Positions 1 to 10,682 of a stretch of 42,270 bases of DNA are shown here, piece after piece. The DNA comes from a bacterium (GTDB lineage Bacteria > Zhuqueibacterota > Zhuqueibacteria > Residuimicrobiales > Krinioviventaceae). Both the position numbers and the translations under genes were made by a program. The notes under the pieces are model-generated. The model was not told the origin of the DNA, made no database searches, and was given only the letters and a program-made list of their open reading frames with translations. Every line of letters begins with the position of its first letter. Position 1 is the stretch's first letter. The stretch spans positions 1-42,270 of the forward strand of contig CAXXFV010000028.1 in the NCBI GenBank assembly GCA_963674595.2. Direction: 5' to 3'.

Positions 1-3
1 TAG

Positions 4-402
4 GTGAAAACACTGATTCAGAAAATTAAAAAAGAATTCGGACCTTTACTACTCGTTTGCTATTTCCTGTTTACACAGGTTTATCCTTATTTGCATTTTC
101 ATGTACATCCCGAAGATGTGAAAAATCAAGTCAGGTTTGTATTTCATCCTGTTGACGGGTGCGAATTCCACCATGATGGAACAGGTACACACCACCATCA
201 TGAAGGTCATGTATGCGGGGACTGGAAACATGCGGTACAAGAAAAGGCCAAATTTTTCTTTTTAAATGGAATATTGGCATCAAATCAGTTTCAGTATTTT
301 TCGGTTTCACCTGAATTACAGATTCAGCATACGTTGGATCTTGTACAACCATTTTTCTTTTCATCTGACCTGCCGCAAAGGGCTCCACCTGTTTTTTGTT
401 AA
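4..402 (+). CDS. His-rich small membrane/secreted protein ending in RAPP (DUF2946/CruR/CutF-like putative arrest/leader peptide)
   Basis: GTG start; N-terminal hydrophobic stretch (LLLVCYFLFTQVYPYL) followed by HFHVH, CEFHH, HHHHEGHVC; C-terminus ...PQRAPPVFC; 74 nt upstream of the metal efflux operon. Confidence 0.7.
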   Translation: MKTLIQKIKKEFGPLLLVCYFLFTQVYPYLHFHVHPEDVKNQVRFVFHPVDGCEFHHDGTGTHHHHEGHVCGDWKHAVQEKAKFFFLNGILASNQFQYFSVSPELQIQHTLDLVQPFFFSSDLPQRAPPVFC

Positions 403-476
403 AATTTCATAATGTAAGATAATTGGGCGGATTATAATAGTTAATGGATAATTTTTTAACTCATTGAGAGAAAACT

Positions 477-1697
477 ATGTCTATTTACAAAGTAATTTTT
501 ACTGTTTTATTGTTATTCGGTATTGTTTCGGCACAAACAGTTGAAATTTCATTTGATCAGTTGGGTGACTATTTTATACAAAACAGTCCGAAAGCTAAAG
601 AACTGAACCTGGAGTACAAGATATTATCGGCTGAAAGCAAGATGGATTTGCAGTGGAAAAATCCTCAAATTGTTGTGGAACAAGAAAATTTAAAAAACAG
701 TGTTGAAACTGATAAAGAATTTGTTGCGGCTGTTGAAAAAGAAATAACGCTGCCCTGGAAAGGTTCTCTGCATCGTGCCGCATGGCAAGAGCAACTAAAA
801 GCGGCTGACTATACAAAACAAGCCAGGCTTTATGAGCTGATTTCAAAAATTAAATTTGATTATGTTAAAATACTTTTGTTCCGGCAAAAATTTAAGAGTT
901 TACATGAAATTGAAAATATTATCGGTTCGATTTTACAAATTACCGAGGACCGTTTTAAACAGGGAACATTATCCGGTTTGCAGCAGCAATTGATCCAATT
1001 GTCGTTACAAAATCTGCAAAGCTCACTCATTAAAAATAAATTGAATCAACAGGAATTGCTAAACCATTTTAAACTTGATTTAGGACTGCACCCTGGTGAT
1101 GAAATTGCCTTGACGGATAAAATAGTCTATCAGGCTGTTACGCTGCCGTCTGAAAAACAAGTTTCAGAGTTAATTAAATTGCATCCTTCCATGATGTCCT
1201 TAAAACATTTCAATCAAGCTGCTGAAAAGAGATTAAACATGGAAAAAAACTGGATCTTGCCGGAGCTTTCCGTGTCGGGTGGATATAAAAAAGTAAATTC
1301 CGATTTAGATGGATTTGTGGTGGGATTATCATTTCCATTACCCGTTTTAAATAACAATCGTGCTCAAATTCAGAAACAAAAAGCCGAATATGATATGTCA
1401 CTTGTTAAAGCCCAAAAATACCGGCAAGAGTTGTTCTCCGGAGTTTTGTTGAATATGGAACGTGTGCAGGTTTTGGGAGCATATTTTGAAAAATTTTCAC
1501 CATCCATTCAGAATAAAAAGAGTGTTGATGATTTGTATTTTTCATTTCAGGAAGGCTGGTCGGATATTGGTGATGTGATGGACGGCATTCAGGTTTATTC
1601 TGAAAATTTGGACCAATATTATGAAAACCTTGTCGAATATTACCAGTCTGTTTTTCAATTGGAAGCCCTGTTGGCTAGAGATTTTGTGCGGTTATAG
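477..1697 (+). CDS. TolC-family outer membrane factor (CzcC-like)
   Basis: Signal peptide; OEP-type repeats (WKNPQIVVE; ILPELSVSGGY...VGLSFPLPVLNNNRAQI); first gene of an OMF-MFP-RND operon. Confidence 0.85.
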   Translation: MSIYKVIFTVLLLFGIVSAQTVEISFDQLGDYFIQNSPKAKELNLEYKILSAESKMDLQWKNPQIVVEQENLKNSVETDKEFVAAVEKEITLPWKGSLHRAAWQEQLKAADYTKQARLYELISKIKFDYVKILLFRQKFKSLHEIENIIGSILQITEDRFKQGTLSGLQQQLIQLSLQNLQSSLIKNKLNQQELLNHFKLDLGLHPGDEIALTDKIVYQAVTLPSEKQVSELIKLHPSMMSLKHFNQAAEKRLNMEKNWILPELSVSGGYKKVNSDLDGFVVGLSFPLPVLNNNRAQIQKQKAEYDMSLVKAQKYRQELFSGVLLNMERVQVLGAYFEKFSPSIQNKKSVDDLYFSFQEGWSDIGDVMDGIQVYSENLDQYYENLVEYYQSVFQLEALLARDFVRL

Positions 1698-1706
1698 GAG
1701 GTTTAA

Positions 1707-3302
1707 ATGAAATTTTTAAATATACTTAATTTTTTTCTCATCATTATATTGAGCTGTGGGAGAGTAGCGGAAAAACAAAATCATACGGACGAACATGCCC
1801 ATGATGATCACACAATTAAAATTACAAAATGGTCGGATAACCATGAAATTTTTATGGAATTTCAACCGTTATCGGCCAACCAAAACGATGAATTCATAAT
1901 TCATGTTACAAATATATCGGATTGGACTCCGGTAACGTCGGGACGGATTGAACTGCATTTTCAACCTGATCAAGGAAATGTCCAAAAAATCGAATCACAC
2001 GAATTACTGCGTTCCGGTATTTTCAAGGTGGATGTATTATTGACGGAACCTGACGAATACCATACTATACTTTTTTATTCGGATGGGCAGAAAAATGATA
2101 CCTTTGAATTGGGACATATTAAAGTGAGTGGGAGCGGAGTTGATGAGCATTCAGATGAGGAGCACGAACATGATCATGCTGAAACCGAACGACTCGATAT
2201 GAAAAATGATCAGGATCATGGTGAACATGAAAATGAGCATTTTTCCGGTGAAGAGATTGTGTTTTTAAAGGAACAGCAATGGAAGACTGACTTTAAAACC
2301 GGTTTGGGACAAATGATGACTGTTAAATCATCCATAACGGCAATTTCAGAGGTTATCCCTTGCCAACATGGTTATGCACAGATAATAGCGCCGGTTGATG
2401 GATTTTTAAATATTAATCATAATGAAAATATGGCTATTCCCGGAATGCATGTGAAAAAAGGTGATGTTGTTGCTACGGTATGTCCCTATGTCGGCAGAAC
2501 AGATACGTGGACTGAGCGACAATTGTCCTATGAAACCGCTGCGAAAAATTTTGAGCGGGCTCAGGCATTGCTGGAAAAACAGGCAATTTCACAACGCGAA
2601 TTTGAAGACATTCGCCGGAATTTTTTAATTGAAAAATCCGGATTCGAGGCGTTAAAAAATAATATCCCGGCTGAAAGTAATCAGGAATTTGAAAATTGTT
2701 CACATTTTCAAATCAGTTCACCTGTTGATGGAATTGTCTCGAATATTAATGTTACACCGGGGCAAACCGTAAAAGCAGGTGACATATTGGCAACTATTGT
2801 CGATCCTTCAGTTGTATGGCTTCGGGCAGACATTTATGAAAAAGATTATTATAAACTCGGTAAACCCGATGGTGCAACGTTTTATGTACAGGGTTTGAGT
2901 GAGTCTGTTCATCTTGGAAAAGATGATTTGGTATTGTTAAACAAAAGTGATTTGGTTGATCCTGAGAGTCAAACCATTCCCGTATTATTTGAAATCGTAA
3001 ATAAAAACAGAATCTTGAAAATAGGACAAATTATTCAGACAGAGTTATATACTTCTGATTTAAAGGAATCTTTTTGTGTTCCTCAAGATGCTGTTTTGGA
3101 TGAAGATTTTCAAAAGGTTGTTTTTGTTCAGCATTCCGGTGAAGTTTTTGAAAAACGGGTTGTCAAACCAGGTGTGCATTTTAACGGGTGGGTTGCCATT
3201 GAAAGCGGAATTGACAGCGGTGAGCGTGTTGTGACCAAGGGCGCCTATCAGGTTAAATTAGCATCCTTGAAAACAAATATTGGTCATGCACATGTTCATT
3301 AG
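1707..3302 (+). CDS. RND efflux periplasmic adaptor (CzcB/CusB-like) lipoprotein with His-rich segments
   Basis: Lipobox IILSC; lipoyl-like IIAPVDG/ISSPVDG; C-terminal GERVVTKGAY; His/acidic tracts and terminal GHAHVH; AGGAGG RBS. Confidence 0.9.
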   Translation: MKFLNILNFFLIIILSCGRVAEKQNHTDEHAHDDHTIKITKWSDNHEIFMEFQPLSANQNDEFIIHVTNISDWTPVTSGRIELHFQPDQGNVQKIESHELLRSGIFKVDVLLTEPDEYHTILFYSDGQKNDTFELGHIKVSGSGVDEHSDEEHEHDHAETERLDMKNDQDHGEHENEHFSGEEIVFLKEQQWKTDFKTGLGQMMTVKSSITAISEVIPCQHGYAQIIAPVDGFLNINHNENMAIPGMHVKKGDVVATVCPYVGRTDTWTERQLSYETAAKNFERAQALLEKQAISQREFEDIRRNFLIEKSGFEALKNNIPAESNQEFENCSHFQISSPVDGIVSNINVTPGQTVKAGDILATIVDPSVVWLRADIYEKDYYKLGKPDGATFYVQGLSESVHLGKDDLVLLNKSDLVDPESQTIPVLFEIVNKNRILKIGQIIQTELYTSDLKESFCVPQDAVLDEDFQKVVFVQHSGEVFEKRVVKPGVHFNGWVAIESGIDSGERVVTKGAYQVKLASLKTNIGHAHVH

Positions 3303-3362
3303 TTTATCCCTTTTAATTCGTTTTTTGATTGCTGAGCCAGGACATATAGCTATGAGGATATT

Positions 3363-6300
3363 ATGTTGGATTATTTAATGCAGGCCAGTTTAAAAAACAG
3401 GCTTGTTATTGTTGTCGCTGCTGTTGGTTTGTTAATCTCTGGTATTTTTGTTTCCACCAAACTTCCTGTTGATGTCTTTCCCGATTTAACGGCGCCGACG
3501 GTCACTATAATGACAGAAGCTCACGGCATGGCTCCGGAAGAGGTTGAAATGCTGGTGACTTTTCCTATTGAAACGGCCGTGAATGGCGCTTCCGGTGTGC
3601 GGCGGGTGCGTTCAACCTCCATTCAGGGATTTTCAACGGTCAATGTGGAATTTGATTGGGGGACAGATATTTTTCGGGCGCGTCAAATTGTTAATGAAAA
3701 AATTCAATCCATTCAGGAAAGTTTTCCGGAAGGTGTTGATCAGCCTGCACTGGCCCCTATTACTTCTATTATGGGCGAAATTATGACAATCGGCCTTACC
3801 AGCGATACGCTTTCTCAGATGGAGTTGCGGTCCATAGCAGATTATAATATCAGGCGTAGACTTTTGGCCGTGCCCGGGGTTGCTCAGGTGAAAGATTATG
3901 GCGGGGAAGTAAAACAGTATCAAATCCTGGTGAACCCGAACCTTTTGAGAAAATATGACATTACCCTGCACCAGGTCCATTTAGCGGCCCTTGGAGCAAA
4001 TATTAACGCGGCCGGCGGATTTTTTGTTCATTCCGGTCAGGAATACCTGATTCGGGGACTGGGCCGGATTCGTTCGCTGGAAGAGCTGGAGAAAACTGTT
4101 GTTACAACCAAAAAAGTGCCTATTCTTTTAAGAGATGTGGCAACTATAAAAATCGGTCCGGCTACAAAAATTGGCGCGGCGTCAATTAATAATCAACCCG
4201 GAGTTTTGATCGTTATCAGCAAACAGCCTGATGCAAACACGTTGGAACTGACCCGGCGTCTGGAAAATGTGTTGCAAGATATACAAAAAACACTGCCGCC
4301 TGGTGTGGAAATGCATACCGACCTTTTTAAACAGGCTAATTTTATCGAACGGGCTGTTGATAATGTTATTCATGCTTTGCGTGATGGCGCGTTGCTGGTA
4401 GTTATTGTTTTGCTTTTGTTTTTAGGAAATGTACGAACCACGATAATTTCAGTTCTTGCCATACCATTGTCTCTTGTTTTTTCCATTATAATTTTACAGT
4501 TGTTCAAATTATCAATTAATACAATGACCCTGGGAGGGATGGCGATTGCCATTGGTGTGCTGGTTGATGATGCAATTATTTATGTGGAGAATGTTTATCG
4601 CCGGTTGAAAATGAATTCCAAAAAAATCACAAATAAAGAAATGTATATGAATGTGATTTATGCTGCTTCATCTGAAGTGCGGGCGCCGATTTCCATTGCC
4701 ACGTTTATTGTTATTATCGTATTTTTACCGTTATTTTTTCTCAGTGGTATTGAAGGTCGAATGTTAAAACCATTAGGCATTGCCTATGTTATCTCAATTT
4801 TTGCATCACTGATCGTTGCTGTTACATTAACACCGGCGTTAAGTTATTATTTGTTGAAAAATATCGGTTCTAAAAAGGAGCAGGACAATTTTGTAGTTCG
4901 TTTTTTGAAAAATCTTTATAAACCTGTTTTGGAATTTGTAACGTCTCATAAGAATAAAGTAATCGGTTTGTCTTTACTTTTAATGGCAATATCCATTTTA
5001 CTGTTTTCATTTGTCGGCCGATCATTTTTGCCGGAATTTAATGAAGGCACATTGAATATAAGCATTGCCACGGTCCCCGGAACGTCGCTTGAAGAATCAG
5101 GAAAAATTGGAATGATGGCTGAAAAGTTATTACAGGACATTCCAGCGGTTAAATCCGTCAGCCGCAGGACCGGACGAACAGAGATGGATGAACATTCTCT
5201 TGGGTCTCATGCTCATGAAGTTGAGGTTGATATAGATTTTGATAAAATTACTAAAAAAGAACTATTGGAGCAAGTCCGTGAAAAACTGGCTTTATTACCG
5301 GGAACGATTTTTATCATCGGTCAGCCAATCAGTCATAGAATTGATCACATGTTGTCCGGAAGCCGGGCAAATATCGCCGTCAAGATATTTGGCGAGGAAT
5401 TACCAAAACTCCGTCAAATTGCCGCCAATACGAAGCAACTGTTGTCTAAAATTGATGATTTGGCGGATTTAAATGTTGATCAACAAGTGGATATTCCTCA
5501 GGTACGTATTCGTGCAGACAGACAAAAAATGGCGCTTTATGGCCTTACAATGGCTGATATCGATGAAATGATTGATGCGGCATTTTTAGGTATTCCTGTT
5601 TCACAGGTTTTTGAAGGACAAAATCAGTATGATTTGGTTGTTCGTTATGACGAAAGATTTCGAAATAATCTGGATGCTATTCGAAACAGTCTTGTTGATA
5701 CACCAACCGGTACGCGAATTCCATTGGATATGGTGACGGATATTCGTGTTGACAAGGGGCCCAATTATGTCAGCCGGGAAAATGTGCAACGAAAGATGGT
5801 CGTGCAAGCCAATGTCGCCGGTCGTGATATTGGTTCCGTCATAGGAGATATTCAAGTCGTTTTGGCAAATAATTTGGATTTGCCGACAGGTTATTTTGTT
5901 GAACTGGGCGGTCAATTTGAAAGTGAACGAAAAGCCACTCGTATGATTAGTATTTTAAGCATCCTGTCATTTTTACTTATTTTTCTTGCCTTGTATTTGG
6001 AATTTAAAAATATTCGGCAAACGGTTTTAATTTTGGTCAATCTGCCGTTGGCCCTGATTGGCGGTGTTGCCGCGATTCTTGTTACGGATGGTATTTTGAG
6101 TATTGCTTCGCTGGTCGGCTTTATTACACTTTTTGGTATTGCTGTCAGAAACGGTATTATTATGATATCCTATTATAATCAATTATTGCAACAGGGGAAA
6201 ACCGTCAGGGAGGCAGTTGTTCAAGGTTCCCTGGAGCGGTTGAGCCCGATTTTAATGACAGCCCTGACGACCGGTTTGGCCTTAACGCCGTTGGCATTTG

Positions 6301-6437
6301 CAGGGAACAAGCCCGGAAATGAAATTCAGGCGCCATTGTCTGTTGTGATATTGGGCGGCTTAATAACCGCTACATTGTTAAATTTGATTGTGCTGCCTGT
6401 TTTGTTTGAAAAATGGGGCGTGCCAAAATCGGAATAA
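3363..6437 (+). CDS. czcA: CusA/CzcA-family heavy-metal efflux RND permease
   Basis: 1024 aa; LPVDVFPDL, NTMTLGGMAIAIGVLVDDAIIYVEN, ERLSPILMTALTT motifs of HME-RND; metal specificity cannot be read from the sequence. Confidence 0.92.
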   Translation: MLDYLMQASLKNRLVIVVAAVGLLISGIFVSTKLPVDVFPDLTAPTVTIMTEAHGMAPEEVEMLVTFPIETAVNGASGVRRVRSTSIQGFSTVNVEFDWGTDIFRARQIVNEKIQSIQESFPEGVDQPALAPITSIMGEIMTIGLTSDTLSQMELRSIADYNIRRRLLAVPGVAQVKDYGGEVKQYQILVNPNLLRKYDITLHQVHLAALGANINAAGGFFVHSGQEYLIRGLGRIRSLEELEKTVVTTKKVPILLRDVATIKIGPATKIGAASINNQPGVLIVISKQPDANTLELTRRLENVLQDIQKTLPPGVEMHTDLFKQANFIERAVDNVIHALRDGALLVVIVLLLFLGNVRTTIISVLAIPLSLVFSIIILQLFKLSINTMTLGGMAIAIGVLVDDAIIYVENVYRRLKMNSKKITNKEMYMNVIYAASSEVRAPISIATFIVIIVFLPLFFLSGIEGRMLKPLGIAYVISIFASLIVAVTLTPALSYYLLKNIGSKKEQDNFVVRFLKNLYKPVLEFVTSHKNKVIGLSLLLMAISILLFSFVGRSFLPEFNEGTLNISIATVPGTSLEESGKIGMMAEKLLQDIPAVKSVSRRTGRTEMDEHSLGSHAHEVEVDIDFDKITKKELLEQVREKLALLPGTIFIIGQPISHRIDHMLSGSRANIAVKIFGEELPKLRQIAANTKQLLSKIDDLADLNVDQQVDIPQVRIRADRQKMALYGLTMADIDEMIDAAFLGIPVSQVFEGQNQYDLVVRYDERFRNNLDAIRNSLVDTPTGTRIPLDMVTDIRVDKGPNYVSRENVQRKMVVQANVAGRDIGSVIGDIQVVLANNLDLPTGYFVELGGQFESERKATRMISILSILSFLLIFLALYLEFKNIRQTVLILVNLPLALIGGVAAILVTDGILSIASLVGFITLFGIAVRNGIIMISYYNQLLQQGKTVREAVVQGSLERLSPILMTALTTGLALTPLAFAGNKPGNEIQAPLSVVILGGLITATLLNLIVLPVLFEKWGVPKSE

Positions 6438-6456
6438 ATGTAATGTTATAACCCTT

Positions 6457-6499
6457 AAAAAAAAAGCCGACCTGTATGTTTAATTGGTCGGCTTTTTTT
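6457..6499. terminator. Bidirectional rho-independent terminator
   Basis: A-tract-GCCGACC...GGTCGGC-T-tract between convergent czcA and GH78 genes. Confidence 0.85.
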
Positions 6500-6517
6500 A
6501 TAATTTCAGTTGATTTA

Positions 6518-8341
6518 CTATTTTACGATTCGAACCCCTTTTGGTGTTTCTATTTCTGATTTTACAGAACCATCCGCCTTTTTAGTATGACGAACATGTA
6601 TTTCACCAAAAGGTGTGGGAAAGCTGCCTTCTGCCCATTCCAGATCGCCCAGATGCGGTTCTATTTTAACGGCTTTAAAACCGGGTTCCACCGGCTTAAC
6701 GCCTAATACATGCTGTGAAAGCCAGGCAGTCGGACCGGAAGCCCAGCCATGACACAAGCTGTGCCGAAAACCTTTATAACAATAATTTCCAAAATCACCG
6801 TGTATATCATTTTTACCGGCTTTCGGAAGCTCATCCAGTGGTAATGCATTTTTAGTCCAATCCAGATCAAAGTCTTCCCAAAACGTTGTTGCACCCATAT
6901 CCAGCATACCTCCCCAATAGGTGCGAATGTCATCCAGACATCCCTGGTAATCTCCTGCAAGCGCCCGCGCCTGAAGAACATAATAGCCGTAAAAAGTAGA
7001 TAGTCCTTTAACGCCGTTTTGTGACATCACCTGTTGATTTAAGGATTGTGCATCATCAATTCCCGAAAGGGCCAGTAAAGCTGCCGCCTGTTTGCTGTTG
7101 CCGGGGACCGGTGTGTATTGTTCAAGTTTTTTAACAGCATTTTCACATTTCACTTCAAGTTCGGATTGGTCTAAAACAGAGGCTATCGTGGCCCCGGCTT
7201 TAAATGTCATTGTCATTAATGCCTGCAAACCGGCATGAACAGCAGCCGGTTCTGCCCGGGTTGGCCAATCCAGAAAACGGAACCCGTTCAGTTTTTCTTT
7301 ACCGTTCTCATCGATAAATGTGGTTAGATGTGTTAACAGATTTGAAATATATTCTCTGTTTTCTTTTAAATAGGTAATGTCGCCGCTGTACATATACCAG
7401 TCATGATGGATCAACAGCCACCACATGGAATAAGAACTGATCCCATTCATCCATTTGGGTAGAGGTGTTTTATGTTTGACCAAATCAAGACTTTTGGGCA
7501 CGATATTATGAGCGCCAAACACAGACAAAATCGTCATGGTCTCCGGGTGCATATCGCCGATCCAAACCAGACGGTCCCGTTTAATGCCGTCCCATAAATA
7601 GTCCTGCATACAAAGATGGACCGTATAGGCGCCGGTTTCCCAGATTTTATTGAGCCGTTCGTCATTACATTGAAAAGAACCTTTGTATTCAATATCTCTG
7701 TAAGAAAAAATGGCGCGAACACCAATTAATGGAACAGAGCGGTTTTTGTCCAGCAGATCGATTCTAACAAAACGAAAACCGGTATTACCGATTTCCACAG
7801 TTCCCATCCACGGTGCCTGGACTGTCATGTCTCGGACAGCGTGGTCGTTTGTTGCATTTTTCTCCTGTCCGATGTCACTCATGGCTTCACTGGCAGACTC
7901 ACCAAACCGAATCCGGAATGTTGCCGGTGTTTGTTTTTTCATTCTTCCAACAAGGAGTTGTATACCGCCCTGTAACTCTTTACCAAAATCCAGCAATATG
8001 CCTGGGGAAGAACCATTATTTGTTAAAATACAACAGTTAACCTGTTCCAGTGTAACCTGCTGCTCTGTTGTGTTGATAAGATAGTCCGGGTTTTCCAGTT
8101 TAGCCTTGTTGGTGTTTTCTGAAGTCCAGATCACTTTTTTCGGCCATATATATTGACGGACCTTTTGGTCCGCAACGATTTTTAATGAATCGATGCCGTT
8201 TAAAACCGGGGTGTTTTTAGTTGTTTTCATGGATTTCATGTCGGCTGGTTTCTCTTTAAAACAGGTGATAAATAATGTTGCGATGAATAAAAAAGTTAAA
8301 ATATTACAGCATTTTTTCAAGCTCATAGTCTGGTTCCTCAA
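6518..8341 (-). CDS. GH78 alpha-L-rhamnosidase-like lipoprotein
   Basis: LLDFGKE, DGIKRDRLVWIGD, GATTFWE, SLCHGWASGP motifs; lipobox LFITC; start could be the MSLKK Met at 8326. Confidence 0.88.
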   Translation of the reverse strand: MRNQTMSLKKCCNILTFLFIATLFITCFKEKPADMKSMKTTKNTPVLNGIDSLKIVADQKVRQYIWPKKVIWTSENTNKAKLENPDYLINTTEQQVTLEQVNCCILTNNGSSPGILLDFGKELQGGIQLLVGRMKKQTPATFRIRFGESASEAMSDIGQEKNATNDHAVRDMTVQAPWMGTVEIGNTGFRFVRIDLLDKNRSVPLIGVRAIFSYRDIEYKGSFQCNDERLNKIWETGAYTVHLCMQDYLWDGIKRDRLVWIGDMHPETMTILSVFGAHNIVPKSLDLVKHKTPLPKWMNGISSYSMWWLLIHHDWYMYSGDITYLKENREYISNLLTHLTTFIDENGKEKLNGFRFLDWPTRAEPAAVHAGLQALMTMTFKAGATIASVLDQSELEVKCENAVKKLEQYTPVPGNSKQAAALLALSGIDDAQSLNQQVMSQNGVKGLSTFYGYYVLQARALAGDYQGCLDDIRTYWGGMLDMGATTFWEDFDLDWTKNALPLDELPKAGKNDIHGDFGNYCYKGFRHSLCHGWASGPTAWLSQHVLGVKPVEPGFKAVKIEPHLGDLEWAEGSFPTPFGEIHVRHTKKADGSVKSEIETPKGVRIVK

Positions 8342-8412
8342 TGTTTGTTATAAAACGTGCTTAACATAGAGAAAATGACCACAAATTTCAATATCTTTTT
8401 GTGTAAAAATAA

Positions 8413-9450
8413 TTATAAGACTTGGTGTTTTCGATTGCCGGGACCGGTTCCTGTTTCCCTGCCCAAATATAAAATGCGGTTTTTCATGCAGGTATGACAT
8501 TGTTCGGTGGTTTCCTGCAAACAGGCTTTTGCCGGATATATTTCATACAGTTTACGGTATTGAGGCGGGGTTATGTTCGGCATTACCACATTGGCCCCTC
8601 GTTCAAGTCCTAATTCACGTCCCTGTTTGATATTCAAGGTCGCTAAAGCGGTTGTACTTGGAATGTTTGCTTCCGGACACAAAATGCGCGTCAGTGCAAC
8701 AACCTTATAGGTCATTAATTCGGTATTGGGGACCTGTTCTTTTTTGTTGATAAATTGAGGCTGCTTCACAAGTTTGGTGTCCGGATGTGGAATATAGGGT
8801 CCGACACCGATCATATCCAGATTTAAATATTTAAAAAGAGATAAATCTTTGGCAAGTGTTTCATAGGTTTGGCCGGGAATGCCGATCATTACACCGCTGC
8901 CCACTTCATAATCCAGTTTTTTAAGCTGCTCGAGCAGTATAAAACGATTGGACTTTTGGCCCGGCAGAGAAGGATGAATGCGTTGGTAAAGTACCGGGTC
9001 CGACGTTTCAAAGCGTAACAAATAACGATCTGCACCGGACTTTTTCCATGTTTCAAGGTCTTTAAACGACCGTTCACCAACACTGAGCGTTACGGCCAGG
9101 GGTGTTTTTGATTTTATTTTTTGGATGATTTTTGCAAGCCATTCCGTTTTAACACCTATATCTTCGCCGGATTGCAGAACGACTGTACCATAGCCATAAT
9201 CAACTGCGTCCCCGGCACAGTTGAGAATTTCCTGCTCCGACATGCGGTAACGGGAAATATTATTATTGTTTGTGTTTATACCGCAATAGGCACATTTTCG
9301 GCGGCAATGGTTGGAAAACTCTATTAACCCTCGCAGATGGACCTGACTGCCGACATAAAGGCTTCGGATGTCATCTGCTGATTTCCAGAGCTTTTGTAAT
9401 TCATGTTCATCATTGTTTTGTAACCAGTACAGAATTTCATCGTTTTTCAT
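8413..9450 (-). CDS. hydE: [FeFe]-hydrogenase H-cluster radical SAM maturase HydE
   Basis: CxxxCxxC (CRRKCAYC), LRGLIEFSN, YEIYPAK, C-terminal CX7CX2C; 4-nt overlap with hydF. Confidence 0.93.
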   Translation of the reverse strand: MKNDEILYWLQNNDEHELQKLWKSADDIRSLYVGSQVHLRGLIEFSNHCRRKCAYCGINTNNNNISRYRMSEQEILNCAGDAVDYGYGTVVLQSGEDIGVKTEWLAKIIQKIKSKTPLAVTLSVGERSFKDLETWKKSGADRYLLRFETSDPVLYQRIHPSLPGQKSNRFILLEQLKKLDYEVGSGVMIGIPGQTYETLAKDLSLFKYLNLDMIGVGPYIPHPDTKLVKQPQFINKKEQVPNTELMTYKVVALTRILCPEANIPSTTALATLNIKQGRELGLERGANVVMPNITPPQYRKLYEIYPAKACLQETTEQCHTCMKNRILYLGRETGTGPGNRKHQVL

Positions 9451-10682
9451 ATAACTTCCATCTTTTCATTTTCGAATATTTTCAGGGCACCCGGAAACGG
9501 TCGTAACGCGCGCTCAAATATTCCCAGTGAATAAGCGATAGCCAGGCCATAATTTGTAATCGGCACACCTGCTTCCCGGCATTGATGAATTCTGGTTAAT
9601 ACTAATTTTCGGTTAAACATACAGGCTCCGCAGTGGATAACCAGGTTATAGTCGGAAAGGTTTTGGGGGAAATCGCGCCCCTGGTAAACGTCGAAATTTA
9701 ATTTTCCGCCTGTATATTGCGTCAGCCAGTTTGGAATTTTTACCCGGCCGATATCATCGCCGATCGGGTGATGTGTGCAAGATTCCGCGATAAGGACCCT
9801 GTCGCCCGGCTGCAAATTTTCTATCTTAACCGCGCCTTTTACCATTTCCTGCAAATCTCCCTGATGACGCGCAAAAAGTGTTGAAAAGGATGTCATGAGA
9901 ATATGTTCAGGTGTGTCTTGAGCAACTTTTTGAAACGCTTGAGAGTCCGTAACAACCAGACGAGGTGTTACTTTTAACATGTTGATGGCTTTTTTGAGTT
10001 CGTTTTCTTTAACGACCACTGAAAGTGCGTTATGGTCTAAAAGATCACGAATGGTCCTCACTTGCGGCAGAATGATTCGTCCTTTGGGTGCTTCTTTGTC
10101 AATAGGCACCACAAGAATGACGGTATCTCCGGGTGAAACGAGATCACTGATCAACGGTGGATTGTTTATAATATCATCCGGGGCTGCTTCGAAAATGGCC
10201 TTTCGAAGTTCATCCAAGCCGGTTTTTAATATTGTACTGGTTTCTACAATTTTGTGATTTATTTTCAGTTCTTTTAAAACAAGTTTATATGACGGGTTTT
10301 TATCTGTTTTGTTAAAAACAATAATAACAGGTATATTGTATTTTTTAAAATTTTCCAAAAGTTTGTTTTCAAATTCACCGAATAAGTGCGACTCTGTTAC
10401 CAGAACAGCAATGTCTGTTCGTTCAATGGCCTGGCGGGTTTTGGCAATTCTCATTTCACCTAATGCTCCGCTATCGTCTATACCGGCCGTATCGATAAAA
10501 AGAATCGGGCCAAGGGGTAGCAGTTCCATGGGCTTTTCAACCGGGTCTGTTGTTGTTCCGGCATGTTGTGAAACAATCGATACATTTTGACGTGTCAGCG
10601 CATTGAGTAAACTTGATTTTCCGACATTTCGTCGGCCAAACAGGCCTATATGGCATCTCATACTTTTTGGTGTTCGTTCCAA
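9447..10682 (-). CDS. hydF: [FeFe]-hydrogenase maturation GTPase HydF
   Basis: GRRNVGKS, DTAG, NKTD GTPase motifs; CTHH...HCGAC FeS ligands; start re-called at TTG 10682 preceded by GGAG (ORF track starts at 10781). Confidence 0.93.
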   Translation of the reverse strand: MERTPKSMRCHIGLFGRRNVGKSSLLNALTRQNVSIVSQHAGTTTDPVEKPMELLPLGPILFIDTAGIDDSGALGEMRIAKTRQAIERTDIAVLVTESHLFGEFENKLLENFKKYNIPVIIVFNKTDKNPSYKLVLKELKINHKIVETSTILKTGLDELRKAIFEAAPDDIINNPPLISDLVSPGDTVILVVPIDKEAPKGRIILPQVRTIRDLLDHNALSVVVKENELKKAINMLKVTPRLVVTDSQAFQKVAQDTPEHILMTSFSTLFARHQGDLQEMVKGAVKIENLQPGDRVLIAESCTHHPIGDDIGRVKIPNWLTQYTGGKLNFDVYQGRDFPQNLSDYNLVIHCGACMFNRKLVLTRIHQCREAGVPITNYGLAIAYSLGIFERALRPFPGALKIFENEKMEVI

